Below are positions 10,878-19,712 of a stretch of 64,000 nucleotides of DNA, piece by piece. Under the pieces are notes generated by a model. That model was not told where the DNA came from and did not search any database. It saw nothing but the letters and a program-made list of their open reading frames with translations. Source of the stretch: Candidatus Methylomirabilia bacterium (GTDB taxonomy: Bacteria; Methylomirabilota; Methylomirabilia; Rokubacteriales; CSP1-6); the NCBI GenBank assembly GCA_041499965.1, contig JBGQLG010000006.1, forward strand, positions 2,947-66,946, given 5' to 3'. Every line of letters starts with the position of its first letter. Positions within the stretch are counted from its first letter, which is position 1. The position numbers were made by a program, and so were the translations under genes.

Positions 10878-11501
10878 ATGGCACGCTATCGTGATGCCAA
10901 GTGCCGGCTGTGCCGCCGTGAGGGCATGAAGCTCTTCCTCAAGGGCGCCCGCTGCTTCACCGACAAGTGTGCGATCGAGCGGCGGAATTATCCGCCCGGC
11001 ATGCACGGCCTGCAGCGCGGCAAGCTGACGCCGTACGGCGTACAGCTGCGCGAGAAGCAGAAGGCCAAGCGGATCTACGGCATCCTCGAGTCCCAGTTCC
11101 GCAAGTACTTCCAGTGGGCGGAGCGCCAGAAGGGCGTGACCGGCGAGAACCTGCTCCGGCTGCTCGAATTGCGGCTGGACAACGTCGTGTACCGCATGGG
11201 CTTCGCGGCCTCCCGCCGGGAGTCGCGCCAGATGGTGGCCCACGGCCACTTCCAGGTGAACGGACGCAAGGCCAACGTGCCGTCGTTCCTCACCAAGGTC
11301 GGTGACGTCGTGCAGCTGCGATCGACCTCCAAGCTGGGGCCCCGCGTGGATGACAACGCCAACGCCGGCCGCGGCCAAATTCCACAATGGCTGGACGTCG
11401 ACGTCAACGGCAAGAAGGCTGTCGTCCGGGGCCTGCCGCTCCGGGAGGACATCCAGATCCCCGTGTCCGAGCAGCTCATCGTCGAGCTGTACAGCAAGTA
11501 G
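10878..11501 (+). CDS. rpsD: 30S ribosomal protein S4 (N-terminal Cys4 zinc-finger form)
   Basis: [36 protein letters not shown]... followed by an S4 domain. Confidence 0.96.
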   Translation: MARYRDAKCRLCRREGMKLFLKGARCFTDKCAIERRNYPPGMHGLQRGKLTPYGVQLREKQKAKRIYGILESQFRKYFQWAERQKGVTGENLLRLLELRLDNVVYRMGFAASRRESRQMVAHGHFQVNGRKANVPSFLTKVGDVVQLRSTSKLGPRVDDNANAGRGQIPQWLDVDVNGKKAVVRGLPLREDIQIPVSEQLIVELYSK

Positions 11502-11517
11502 AGAGGACGGGGAAGGC

Positions 11518-12498
11518 ATGCCACGCATTCCGTTTCAGAAGCCGAAGAAGGTCGAGTGGGAGATCCTCAGCGACCGCTACGGCCGACTGGTAGCCGAGCC
11601 CTTCGAGAAGGGCTACGCGCTCACCGTCGGTAACTCGCTGCGGCGCACGCTGCTGTCGATCGTGCCGGGCGCGGCCGTGGCGTGGGTGAAGATCGAGGGC
11701 GTGAAGCCGAACGACACCAAGATCGCCGGTGTCGTCGAGGGGCTCACCGATGTGCTGCTGAACCTCAAGAAGCTCGCCATCCAGGTGCCCTCGGACGAGC
11801 CGCGGGTGCTGCGCCTGGAGGCCACCGGCCCCAAGGAGGTCAAGGGCGAGGACGTCCCCGAGACCGGCGCCGAGATCCTCAACCCGGAGGCGCATCTGTT
11901 CACGCTGGAGGCCGGCGCCAAGATCACGCTGGAGCTCGGCGTGGGTGTGGGCCGGCGCTACCAGGCGGCCGATCAACCCGGGGGGGACACCCCGGCCGGC
12001 GCCCTGTCGCTGGACGCCGCCTACTCGCCGATCACCCGGGTGTCCTACAACGTCGAGATGTCCCGCCTGGGCAAGATCACCGATTACGAGAAGCTCGTGC
12101 TGGAGGTGTGGACGAACGGTGCCATCAGCCCCGACGACGCACTGACGCGCGCCTCGACCTTTCTGCGCGATCACTATGCCCCGTTGGCTCCGGCCGGGGC
12201 CGACGAGGACGAGGAGGCGGATGCGACCACGGGGGAGGCGTACCTGCGCGATGCCCTCGGCAAGACGCTGGAAGAGCTGCTGCTGCCGGCGCGGGCCATC
12301 AACGCCCTGAAGAGCGCCGAGCTGAACCTCGTCGCCGACCTCGTGCAGAAGACGGAGCTCGACCTGGCCGACGTCAAGAACCTGGGCGACAAGTCGATCG
12401 ACGAGATCAAGACCGCCCTGGCCGCCCTGGGCCTGTCCCTCGGCATGCGCATCGACCCCAACGTCCTCGGCGCGCTGGGGCGTGGCACTGCGAAGTGA
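11518..12498 (+). CDS. rpoA: DNA-directed RNA polymerase subunit alpha
   Basis: ATG 11518 is in frame with ORF 11302..12498. ...GYALTVGNSLRRTLLS... is the N-terminal domain and a C-terminal alphaCTD follows. Confidence 0.96.
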   Translation: MPRIPFQKPKKVEWEILSDRYGRLVAEPFEKGYALTVGNSLRRTLLSIVPGAAVAWVKIEGVKPNDTKIAGVVEGLTDVLLNLKKLAIQVPSDEPRVLRLEATGPKEVKGEDVPETGAEILNPEAHLFTLEAGAKITLELGVGVGRRYQAADQPGGDTPAGALSLDAAYSPITRVSYNVEMSRLGKITDYEKLVLEVWTNGAISPDDALTRASTFLRDHYAPLAPAGADEDEEADATTGEAYLRDALGKTLEELLLPARAINALKSAELNLVADLVQKTELDLADVKNLGDKSIDEIKTALAALGLSLGMRIDPNVLGALGRGTAK

Positions 12499-12589
12499 GC
12501 GCCCCCGGGGCGCGAGCTGAGCCTGAACCGAAGTCTGCAAAGTGAGCGCCGTCGCGTGAAGTGAGCTCGACAACCATGATGAGGATGCG

Positions 12590-13072
12590 ATGAGGCACCG
12601 CAAGGACGGTTACAAGCTCGGCCGGCTCACCCAGCACCGGTGGGCGATGTTCCGCAATCTCCTGACCGGGCTGTTCCGCCACGAGCGCATCGAGACGACC
12701 GAGGCTAAGGCCAAGGCGGTGCGGGGGCTGGCCGACCACATCGTCACGCTGGCCAAGCGCGAGACCCTGCACGCGCGCCGCCAGGTGCTACAGCTGGTGC
12801 CCGACACCGAGGTCGTCCGCCGGATCTTCGACACGATCGCCGCGCGCTTCTCCGACCGCAACGGCGGCTACACGCGGCTGATCAAGACCCGGGTGCGCCA
12901 CGGCGACGCCGCCCCCATGGTGCTGCTCGAGCTGGTCGACCGCCCCGACGCGCCGAAGGACGGGGACGGCAAGGGCGAGAAGAAGGAAAAGGCTCCGCGG
13001 GGCGAGAAGGGCGAGGCGGGGTCGGGCGGCAAGAAGAAGAAGCGCGAGAAGGCCGCGGCCGCGTCGGCCTGA
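12590..13072 (+). CDS. rplQ: 50S ribosomal protein L17 with Lys/Glu/Gly-rich C-terminal tail
   Basis: MRHRKDGYKLGRLTQHRWAMFRNL...GGYTRLIK is L17. Confidence 0.95.
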   Translation: MRHRKDGYKLGRLTQHRWAMFRNLLTGLFRHERIETTEAKAKAVRGLADHIVTLAKRETLHARRQVLQLVPDTEVVRRIFDTIAARFSDRNGGYTRLIKTRVRHGDAAPMVLLELVDRPDAPKDGDGKGEKKEKAPRGEKGEAGSGGKKKKREKAAAASA

Positions 13073-13077
13073 AGGCG

Positions 13078-14286
13078 CTAGGCCAGCTCCCGCTCGCGGT
13101 CGATCGCGGGGCCGGCCACGACCGTGGCGGTGGTGACCAGCGCCGCCAGCCCGGCGAACACCGCCCAGGGCACCGCGTAGGAGTTCCATCGCACGAGCAG
13201 CAACCCGAACGTGGCCGGTCCCACCAGCAGCCCCACGACGATCGCCGTGAATGCGACGCCGCTCAGCAGGCCGGCGGCGCGGCGGCCGCCCACCTCGGCG
13301 CTGACGATGAAGAATATCCCCACCCAGCCGTAGGCGCCCACGCCGCTCGCGAACGCCAACAGCCCGGCCAGCGCCGGGGCCGACACCGGCCAGACCGCGT
13401 AACTGACGAAGATGATCGCGCCGACGGCGCCGGTGAGGGCCAGCCACAGCGACCGATGGCCGGTGAGCCAGCGGTCGCTGGCGGCGCCCAGCGCCAGGCG
13501 GGAGACGGCGCCGCCGGCCTGCGAGCAGGCCACCAGCAGGCCGGCCCCGATGTGGTCGAAGCCCAGGGCCTGCACCGCGTAGAGCGGCAGGTAGCTGAGC
13601 ACCGCCGCCTGCACCATCCCGAGCACCAGGCCGCTGGCGAAGAACGCCACCAGCGCTGGCCGGCCGAGCCACGTCCAGCTTCCCGGCCCCCCAGGCGGCG
13701 TCGCGCCCGCGACGAGGCCGGCCGTGGCGCCGCCGCCGAGCGGGTGGAGCGTGCCCCACGTCAACACCGGGAGCGCCACCACCACGCTGCAGGCCACGAT
13801 GGCTGCGCGCCACCCGAGCGCGGCGGCGATCGACGGCAACACCAGCGCGGAGGCGACGCCCCCGAGCGTCAATCCCATCTGCTTGATGCCCATCGCGATC
13901 CCGCACTCGCGGACCGGGAACAGGTCGATGATGGCGCGGCCCAGCGCCGGATTGACGACGCTCCAGCCGATGCCCGCGACGAACAGGCACGCAAGGAACG
14001 CGGGAAAGCTGGGCGACCACGCGGCCACTGCCAGGCCGCAGGCGCCGAGCGCGAGCCCGCCCAGGAAGCTCGTCCGGACGCCGAGCCGGTCGGCCAGGCG
14101 CCCGCCCGGCAGCGAGAAGAAGAGGCCGGCCAGGTAGATCGACGGTACGATGAGCGCCACCTGCAAGCGCGAGAGGGCGAACCCCTCGACGAGGCTCGGC
14201 GACAGCGGCGAGATGCCGAGCATCCCGAAGGCCCCGGCGCCGTACGAGCTCGTGAGGAGGGCCAGCAGGACCCAGCGGCCATCCAC
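13078..14286 (-). CDS. MFS transporter
   Basis: 402 aa with ~12 hydrophobic segments. GGRLADRLGVR matches MFS motif A. Confidence 0.85.
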   Translation of the reverse strand: MDGRWVLLALLTSSYGAGAFGMLGISPLSPSLVEGFALSRLQVALIVPSIYLAGLFFSLPGGRLADRLGVRTSFLGGLALGACGLAVAAWSPSFPAFLACLFVAGIGWSVVNPALGRAIIDLFPVRECGIAMGIKQMGLTLGGVASALVLPSIAAALGWRAAIVACSVVVALPVLTWGTLHPLGGGATAGLVAGATPPGGPGSWTWLGRPALVAFFASGLVLGMVQAAVLSYLPLYAVQALGFDHIGAGLLVACSQAGGAVSRLALGAASDRWLTGHRSLWLALTGAVGAIIFVSYAVWPVSAPALAGLLAFASGVGAYGWVGIFFIVSAEVGGRRAAGLLSGVAFTAIVVGLLVGPATFGLLLVRWNSYAVPWAVFAGLAALVTTATVVAGPAIDRERELA

Positions 14287-14625
14287 TCAGCGCCCCGGGA
14301 CGACGACCCGCTCCTCGATGGTGAAGGTCTTGATCCGGCCGATGAAGAGCGCCCCGTCGGCGTGCAGCGCCTTCGACTCCGGCGAGGCTGACGCCCGGGC
14401 CATGCTCTCGGCGTCGTCGTACCAGAGCTCGGCGATGCCGTCCACGTCGACGTCCAGGGCCGGGATGTCGGGCCGCCGGCGCTCGGCCACGACGTGCGAC
14501 TGCACGTAGCGGCGCAGCCCGGGCACCGCGTGGGCCAGCGGCGCGTGGACGTCGACCCAGTGCCGGACGAACTGCTGGTGCGTCATGCCGTCCTTGCGGG
14601 TCAGCAACGAGATGCTCTTGATCAC
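14287..14625 (-). CDS. EthD domain-containing protein
   Basis: 112 aa. ...LTRKDGMTHQQFVRHWVDVHAPL...LRRYVQ... is the EthD-family pattern. GTG start. Confidence 0.7.
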   Translation of the reverse strand: MIKSISLLTRKDGMTHQQFVRHWVDVHAPLAHAVPGLRRYVQSHVVAERRRPDIPALDVDVDGIAELWYDDAESMARASASPESKALHADGALFIGRIKTFTIEERVVVPGR

Positions 14626-14686
14626 CGAAGGGTGTCCTCCGTGAGTGGTCCGGCGGCGCCGCGAGCGGAGCGTCGGGGAGCGGGCA

Positions 14687-14715
14687 GGGCGGGCCGGTCC
14701 GACGCCGGCCCGCCC
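14687..14715 (-). terminator. perfect 11-bp GC stem-loop between the dienelactone hydrolase and EthD genes
   Basis: GGGCGGGCCGG-TCCGACG-CCGGCCCGCCC, with additional outer pairing GGGGAG/CTCCCC. It starts 7 nt after the hydrolase stop. No clear U-tract. Confidence 0.4.
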
Positions 14716-14721
14716 TCCCCG

Positions 14722-15393
14722 CTACGTGAGATGCGTCTGGAACAACGCGAGCGTGCGATTCCAGGCGTCGGTGGCGGCGGCCCGATCGTAGACCTCGCGC
14801 TCGTCGTTGAAGAAGGCGTGATCGACGTTCGGATAGATGTGGATCTCCGACGACTTGCCGGCCTTCTTGATCGCCGCGTCGGTGTCCCTGGCCACCTGCG
14901 GCGTGACGAAGCCGTCCTTCTCGGCGAACAGTCCCAGCACCGGGCCGGAGAGCTTGGCGTAGTCCGGCTTGACGTTGGGATGGATGCCGTAGAAGTTCAC
15001 GACCGCGCCCACGCTGGGATTCAGCGTCCCCGCGAACAGCGCGAGCTGGCCCCCCATGCAGAAGCCGACGGCGCCGACCTTGGCCGTGGACGAGTGCCCG
15101 ACCAGGTACGTGACGGCGCCGCGCAGGTCTTTCTCGGCCTGGGCGATGTTGAGGGCCATGAACAGCTTGCCGGCGCCGTCCGGCTCGCTGGCGGTCTGGC
15201 CGTGGTACATGTCGGGCGCCAGCGCCGAGAACCCGGCGGCGGCGAAGCGGTCGCAGACCTTCTTGATGTGGGGCACCAGGCCCCACCACTCCTGGATGAC
15301 GAGGACGCCGGGGCCCTTGCCGCCGGCCGGCGTGGCCAGGTAGCCCTTGGTCGTCCCGCCGTTCGAGGGGAAATCCACCATCGTGCCGGGCAT
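14722..15393 (-). CDS. dienelactone hydrolase family protein
   Basis: ...GPGVLVIQEWWGL...GAVGFCMGGQLAL... shows a Cys nucleophile elbow and an alpha/beta hydrolase fold. Confidence 0.85.
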   Translation of the reverse strand: MPGTMVDFPSNGGTTKGYLATPAGGKGPGVLVIQEWWGLVPHIKKVCDRFAAAGFSALAPDMYHGQTASEPDGAGKLFMALNIAQAEKDLRGAVTYLVGHSSTAKVGAVGFCMGGQLALFAGTLNPSVGAVVNFYGIHPNVKPDYAKLSGPVLGLFAEKDGFVTPQVARDTDAAIKKAGKSSEIHIYPNVDHAFFNDEREVYDRAAATDAWNRTLALFQTHLT

Positions 15394-15422
15394 CGTCGTG
15401 TCCTCCTTGGCTGGGGTTGAGG

Positions 15423-15574
15423 CTAGCAGGCTGCTGAAAAAGGCCCATCTGCTTCGTTGGCGCCCTCGGCCCCACGCTCAACGTACAGGGAGTACGCCTC
15501 GCGTGCGGCCAGCGGGCGCCGCCTCGCATCTGGACCTTTTTGAGCAGCCTGCTGATTTTTCAGCAACCGGCTAG
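15423..15574. repeat. ~145-nt hairpin element, copy B, flanked by CTAG...CTAG (MITE-like)
   Basis: About 90% identical by hand count to 34593-34734. Terminal inverted repeat GGCTGCTGAAAAA / TTTTTCAGCAACC. The interior is a long imperfect hairpin. Confidence 0.8.
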
Positions 15575-15575
15575 G

Positions 15576-16835
15576 CTAGGCGGCGCCGGCGGTCGAGGCC
15601 GGTGCCGTCGAGGGAGCGATCTTCACGGCCGCCACCCGGCGGGCGTCGGCCTCGAGCACGGTGATCGTGTAGCCGGGGATCTGGAACTCCTCGCCCGTGC
15701 GGGGGATGCGATGCAGCGTGGCCAGCACCAGGCCGGCTACGGTCTCGTAGCCCTGCTTGGGCAGGTTCCAGTCGAGCGCCTCGTTCACCTCGTCGACGTG
15801 GGTGCGGGCGGCCACCCAGTAGCTGCCGTCGGGGAGGCGCTCGACCGAGGCGGGCGTGCGGTCGTGCTCGTCCTGGATCTCGCCGACGATCTGCTCGACG
15901 ATGTCCTCCAGCGTCACGATGCCGGTGGCGCCGCCGTACTCGTCGACGACGACGGCGAGCTGGTTACGCCCCTTCTGCATCTCCCGGAGCAGGTCGTCGA
16001 TCCGCTTGGTCTGGGGCACGAAGGTTGGCTGGCGCATCAGCTCGGGTACGCCCCGCACCTGGCCCCCGCGCCGCAGCAGGTCCATGGCCGTGACCACGCC
16101 GATCACGTTGGTCTCGCGCTGGCTGTAGATCGGGATGCGGGAGAACCCGCGCTGCCGCACCAGCGCGATCGCCTCGGCGGCGGTGGCGGTGTCGGGCAGC
16201 ATCACGACGTCGATCAGCGGCACCATGACCTCGCGCACGGTGGTGTCCCCGAGGTCGAAGATCTTGTCGATCATCTCCGCCTCCTGGGTGCTGACCGACA
16301 CCTCGCCCGGCTCGAGCTGCAGCAGCGCCTTCAGCTCCTCGCGCGAGACGAACTGCCGGCTGTCCACCCGCGGCCCGCCGCAGGCGCGCAGGACCGCGGC
16401 GACCACGGTGTTGGCCAGGGTCACGAACGGGGTCAGCGCCGTCGAGGCCCAGGTGAGCGGGCGGTAGAACCGGAGGATCAGGCTCGTCGCCCACTGCCGG
16501 GCCACCGCCTTGGGGATGATCTCGCCGAAGACCAGCATGATGGGCGCCAGCGTGAGCGTCGCCACCAGCCAGGCCCAGCCGCCGAAGCGAGGCAGCAGCA
16601 CGAAGGTCAGCGCCGAGCCGGCCACGATGTGGGCGATCGTCACCCCCATCATGGCCGTCGAGAGCACGCGCTCGGGGTGACGGAAATCCTCGAGGTAGCG
16701 GGCGGCCGTGAGGTTGCCCTCGGCGGCCAGGTGGCGCAGCCGCAGCCGGTTGGCCGCGATGAAGGCCATCTCGGCGGCCGAGAAGAACATGGTGGCCAGC
16801 AGGCACAGCGCGGCGAGCCAGAGCAGGCCCGTCAC
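15576..16835 (-). CDS. CNNM/CorC(TlyC)-family protein: DUF21 membrane domain + CBS pair + CorC_HlyC domain (paralogue 2)
   Basis: GTG 16835 makes a GTGA overlap with the upstream stop and is in frame with ORF 15576..18254. ...FFSAAEMAF...GEIIPK... is followed by CBS pairs, then ...VVDEYGGATGIVTLEDIVEQIVGEI. Confidence 0.85.
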   Translation of the reverse strand: MTGLLWLAALCLLATMFFSAAEMAFIAANRLRLRHLAAEGNLTAARYLEDFRHPERVLSTAMMGVTIAHIVAGSALTFVLLPRFGGWAWLVATLTLAPIMLVFGEIIPKAVARQWATSLILRFYRPLTWASTALTPFVTLANTVVAAVLRACGGPRVDSRQFVSREELKALLQLEPGEVSVSTQEAEMIDKIFDLGDTTVREVMVPLIDVVMLPDTATAAEAIALVRQRGFSRIPIYSQRETNVIGVVTAMDLLRRGGQVRGVPELMRQPTFVPQTKRIDDLLREMQKGRNQLAVVVDEYGGATGIVTLEDIVEQIVGEIQDEHDRTPASVERLPDGSYWVAARTHVDEVNEALDWNLPKQGYETVAGLVLATLHRIPRTGEEFQIPGYTITVLEADARRVAAVKIAPSTAPASTAGAA

Positions 16836-18109
16836 GCCGCCGCCTCCGCCGACACCGGCTTGCGTAACGCGATGAGCACCTCGACGACACGGGTGCGCTC
16901 GACCTTCTCGACGGTGACGACCAGCTCGGGCGTCTCCCGACGCTCGCCCTTGCGCGGCACGCGACCGAAGAGGTCCAGCACCCAGCCGCCCACGGTACTG
17001 TACGACTCGTTCGAGATGCTGAGCCCGGCCGCGGTGTTGAGGTCCTCCACCGCCAGCTTGCCGGAGACCCGGAATGTGGAGTCGTCGAGCCGCTGGATGA
17101 GCCGCTCGGGCTCGTCGTACTCGTCGGCGATCTCGCCGACCAGCTCCTCCAGCAGGTCCTCCAGCGCCACCAGCCCGGCGGTTCCGCCGTACTCGTCCAC
17201 CACGATGGCCATGTGCAGCTTCTTGGCCTGGAACTCCTGCAGGAGGGCGTCGGCGCGCTTGGACTCCGGCACGAAGTACGGGGGGTGCAGGTGGGCGCGC
17301 AGGTCGAAGTCGTCGGGCAAGCCGGTGGCGACGTAGGGCAGCAGGTCCTTGGTGTAGAGGATGCCGACGATGACGTCGAGCGAGCCCTCGTAGGCCGGCA
17401 CCCGCGAGTGCAGGTTCTCGCGCAGGGCCGGCAGGATCTTCTCGCGCGGGGTGTCGCTGGCCAGGCAGAACATGTCGGTGCGGGGGACCATCACCGAGCG
17501 CACCAGCGTGTCCTCCAGCTCGAAGACCTTGTGGATCATCTCGCGCTCCTCGCGCTCGACGACTCCCTCGCTGGCCCCGACGTCGACCAGCGTGCGCAGC
17601 TCTTCCTCGGTGAGCTCGGGCTGGTTCTGGCGATCGCGGCCGATGAGCTGTACGGTGAGCGCGGTGAGGCCACCCAGCACGGCCCGGACCGGCGTCAGCG
17701 CCGTGCCCAGCCAGGAGACGGGGCGGCCCACGACGGCCAGGAAGCGCTCGGGGTACTTCACCGCCAGCGTCATCGGCAGCACCTCGCCGAAGGTCGTGAG
17801 CAGCGCGGTCATGCCGAGCATCTCGACCACGGGCCCGAAGCGCGCGCCCACCAGCTGATCGGCCAGGTGCGCGGCCAGGCCGGCGCCGCCGAGGTTGATC
17901 AGCGTGATGCCGACCAGCAGCGTGACGAGCAGGTCGTGGGGACGCTCGATGAGCACGGGCGGGCCGGCGTTGCCGCCGCTCTGGTCGGCCATGCGGGCCA
18001 GGCGCGCGCGGCCGAGCGAGAAGTACGCGGCCTCGGCGCCGGTGAGCAGCGCCGAGCAGACGATCAGCGCGAGCAGCGCCAACACCTGAAGGAGCACGCT
18101 GTCGGTCAC
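16832..18109 (-). CDS. CNNM/CorC(TlyC)-family protein: DUF21 + CBS pair + CorC_HlyC (paralogue 1)
   Basis: GTG 18109 makes a GTGA overlap with the thiL stop. ...LTGAEAAYFSL...GEVLPM...VVDEYGGTAGLVALEDLLEELVGEI. Confidence 0.85.
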   Translation of the reverse strand: MTDSVLLQVLALLALIVCSALLTGAEAAYFSLGRARLARMADQSGGNAGPPVLIERPHDLLVTLLVGITLINLGGAGLAAHLADQLVGARFGPVVEMLGMTALLTTFGEVLPMTLAVKYPERFLAVVGRPVSWLGTALTPVRAVLGGLTALTVQLIGRDRQNQPELTEEELRTLVDVGASEGVVEREEREMIHKVFELEDTLVRSVMVPRTDMFCLASDTPREKILPALRENLHSRVPAYEGSLDVIVGILYTKDLLPYVATGLPDDFDLRAHLHPPYFVPESKRADALLQEFQAKKLHMAIVVDEYGGTAGLVALEDLLEELVGEIADEYDEPERLIQRLDDSTFRVSGKLAVEDLNTAAGLSISNESYSTVGGWVLDLFGRVPRKGERRETPELVVTVEKVERTRVVEVLIALRKPVSAEAAA

Positions 18110-19124
18110 GATCGCGGCCCGCTCGCCGCCGGTCGTGTGACGAAGTGCTCGAAGCCGCGCGCCACTGCCACCGCGCGCCCGCCGGCCGACCACCGGGCCG
18201 GGCCCGGGCCGGCGGTGACCTCGCCGATGGGCGTGAGCCGCGTGCCGCAGGCATCGAGCAGGCCGTGCTGCAGGCGCGTCAGGGCGGCCGGCTCGCACGT
18301 CAGCAGCAGCTCGTAGTCTTCCCCGCCGCCGGTGGCCCACGCCGCCGGATCGACGCCGAGCGCCGCCGCCACCGCGCGCGTGGCCTCGTCGATCGGTAAC
18401 CGCTCGACGTCGATCGCAGCGCTGACGCCGCTGGCGCCGAGCAGGCGAGGCAGGTCGATGCCCAGCCCGTCCGAGAGATCCATCATCGCCGTCACGTCGC
18501 CGGCCGTGGTGAGCCACTTGCCCTCGGGCACGCGCGGCCGTGGGCGCAGGTGCGCGCGCGTCACGTCGTCGAGGTGGGCGGGTGCGAGGCCCGCCGGTGC
18601 CGCCCCCCGCTCCAGCACCGCCAGGCCGGCGGCCGAGCGACCCAGGGCGCCGGTGACGGCCACGACGTCACCGGCGCGCGCCGTCGAGCGCAGCCGCAGC
18701 GCGACGGCCTCACCGAGCAGCGTGACGTTGATGATCCATCCCGCGGGCGAGACGGAGGTGTCGCCGCCGACGATCGCGACGTCGTGCGCCCGGGCCAGGG
18801 CCAGGGCGCCGGCGTAGAAGGCCTCGATCTCCTCGGCGGCGGTGCCCGCCGGACAGGCCAGGGCGACGAGCGCCCAGCGGGGCCGCCCGCCCATGGCGGC
18901 GATATCCGAGAGGTTGACCGCGATCGCCTTCCAGCCGATGTCGGCCGGCTCCGCCCACCGACGGCGGAAGTGGACGTCCTCGATCAGCAGGTCGGTCGTG
19001 GCCAGCAGCGCCGCGCCCGGCCGCGGCTCCAGCACCGCGCAGTCGTCACCGATGCCGACCCGCACGCTGCCGTCGGCGTGGGCCGTCAGCCCACGGATGG
19101 TGCGGACGAGTGCCTCTTCGCCGC

Positions 19125-19128
<4 letters not shown>
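18106..19128 (-). CDS. thiL: thiamine-monophosphate kinase
   Basis: ...GIGDDCAVL...[11 protein letters not shown]...[17 protein letters not shown]...GGD... is the ThiL/AIR-synthase-related fold. Confidence 0.85.

Positions 19129-19708
<580 letters not shown>

Positions 19709-19712
<4 letters not shown>

Noticed and set aside
12788-15529. 913-aa minus-strand ORF spanning rplQ, the MFS gene, EthD and the hydrolase gene.
   Set aside because: It crosses four independently supported genes on both strands and reads through an intergenic repeat. Its composition is typical of out-of-frame GC-rich sequence.
15425-15529. Conserved peptide MRGGAR(W/Q)PHARRTPCTLSV(G/R)PRAPTKQMGLFQQPA encoded on the minus strand of repeat copies B and C.
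   Set aside because: The conservation simply reflects ~90% DNA identity of the repeats. There is no ribosome-binding site, both ORFs merge into obviously spurious long frames, and the divergent copy A does not keep it.
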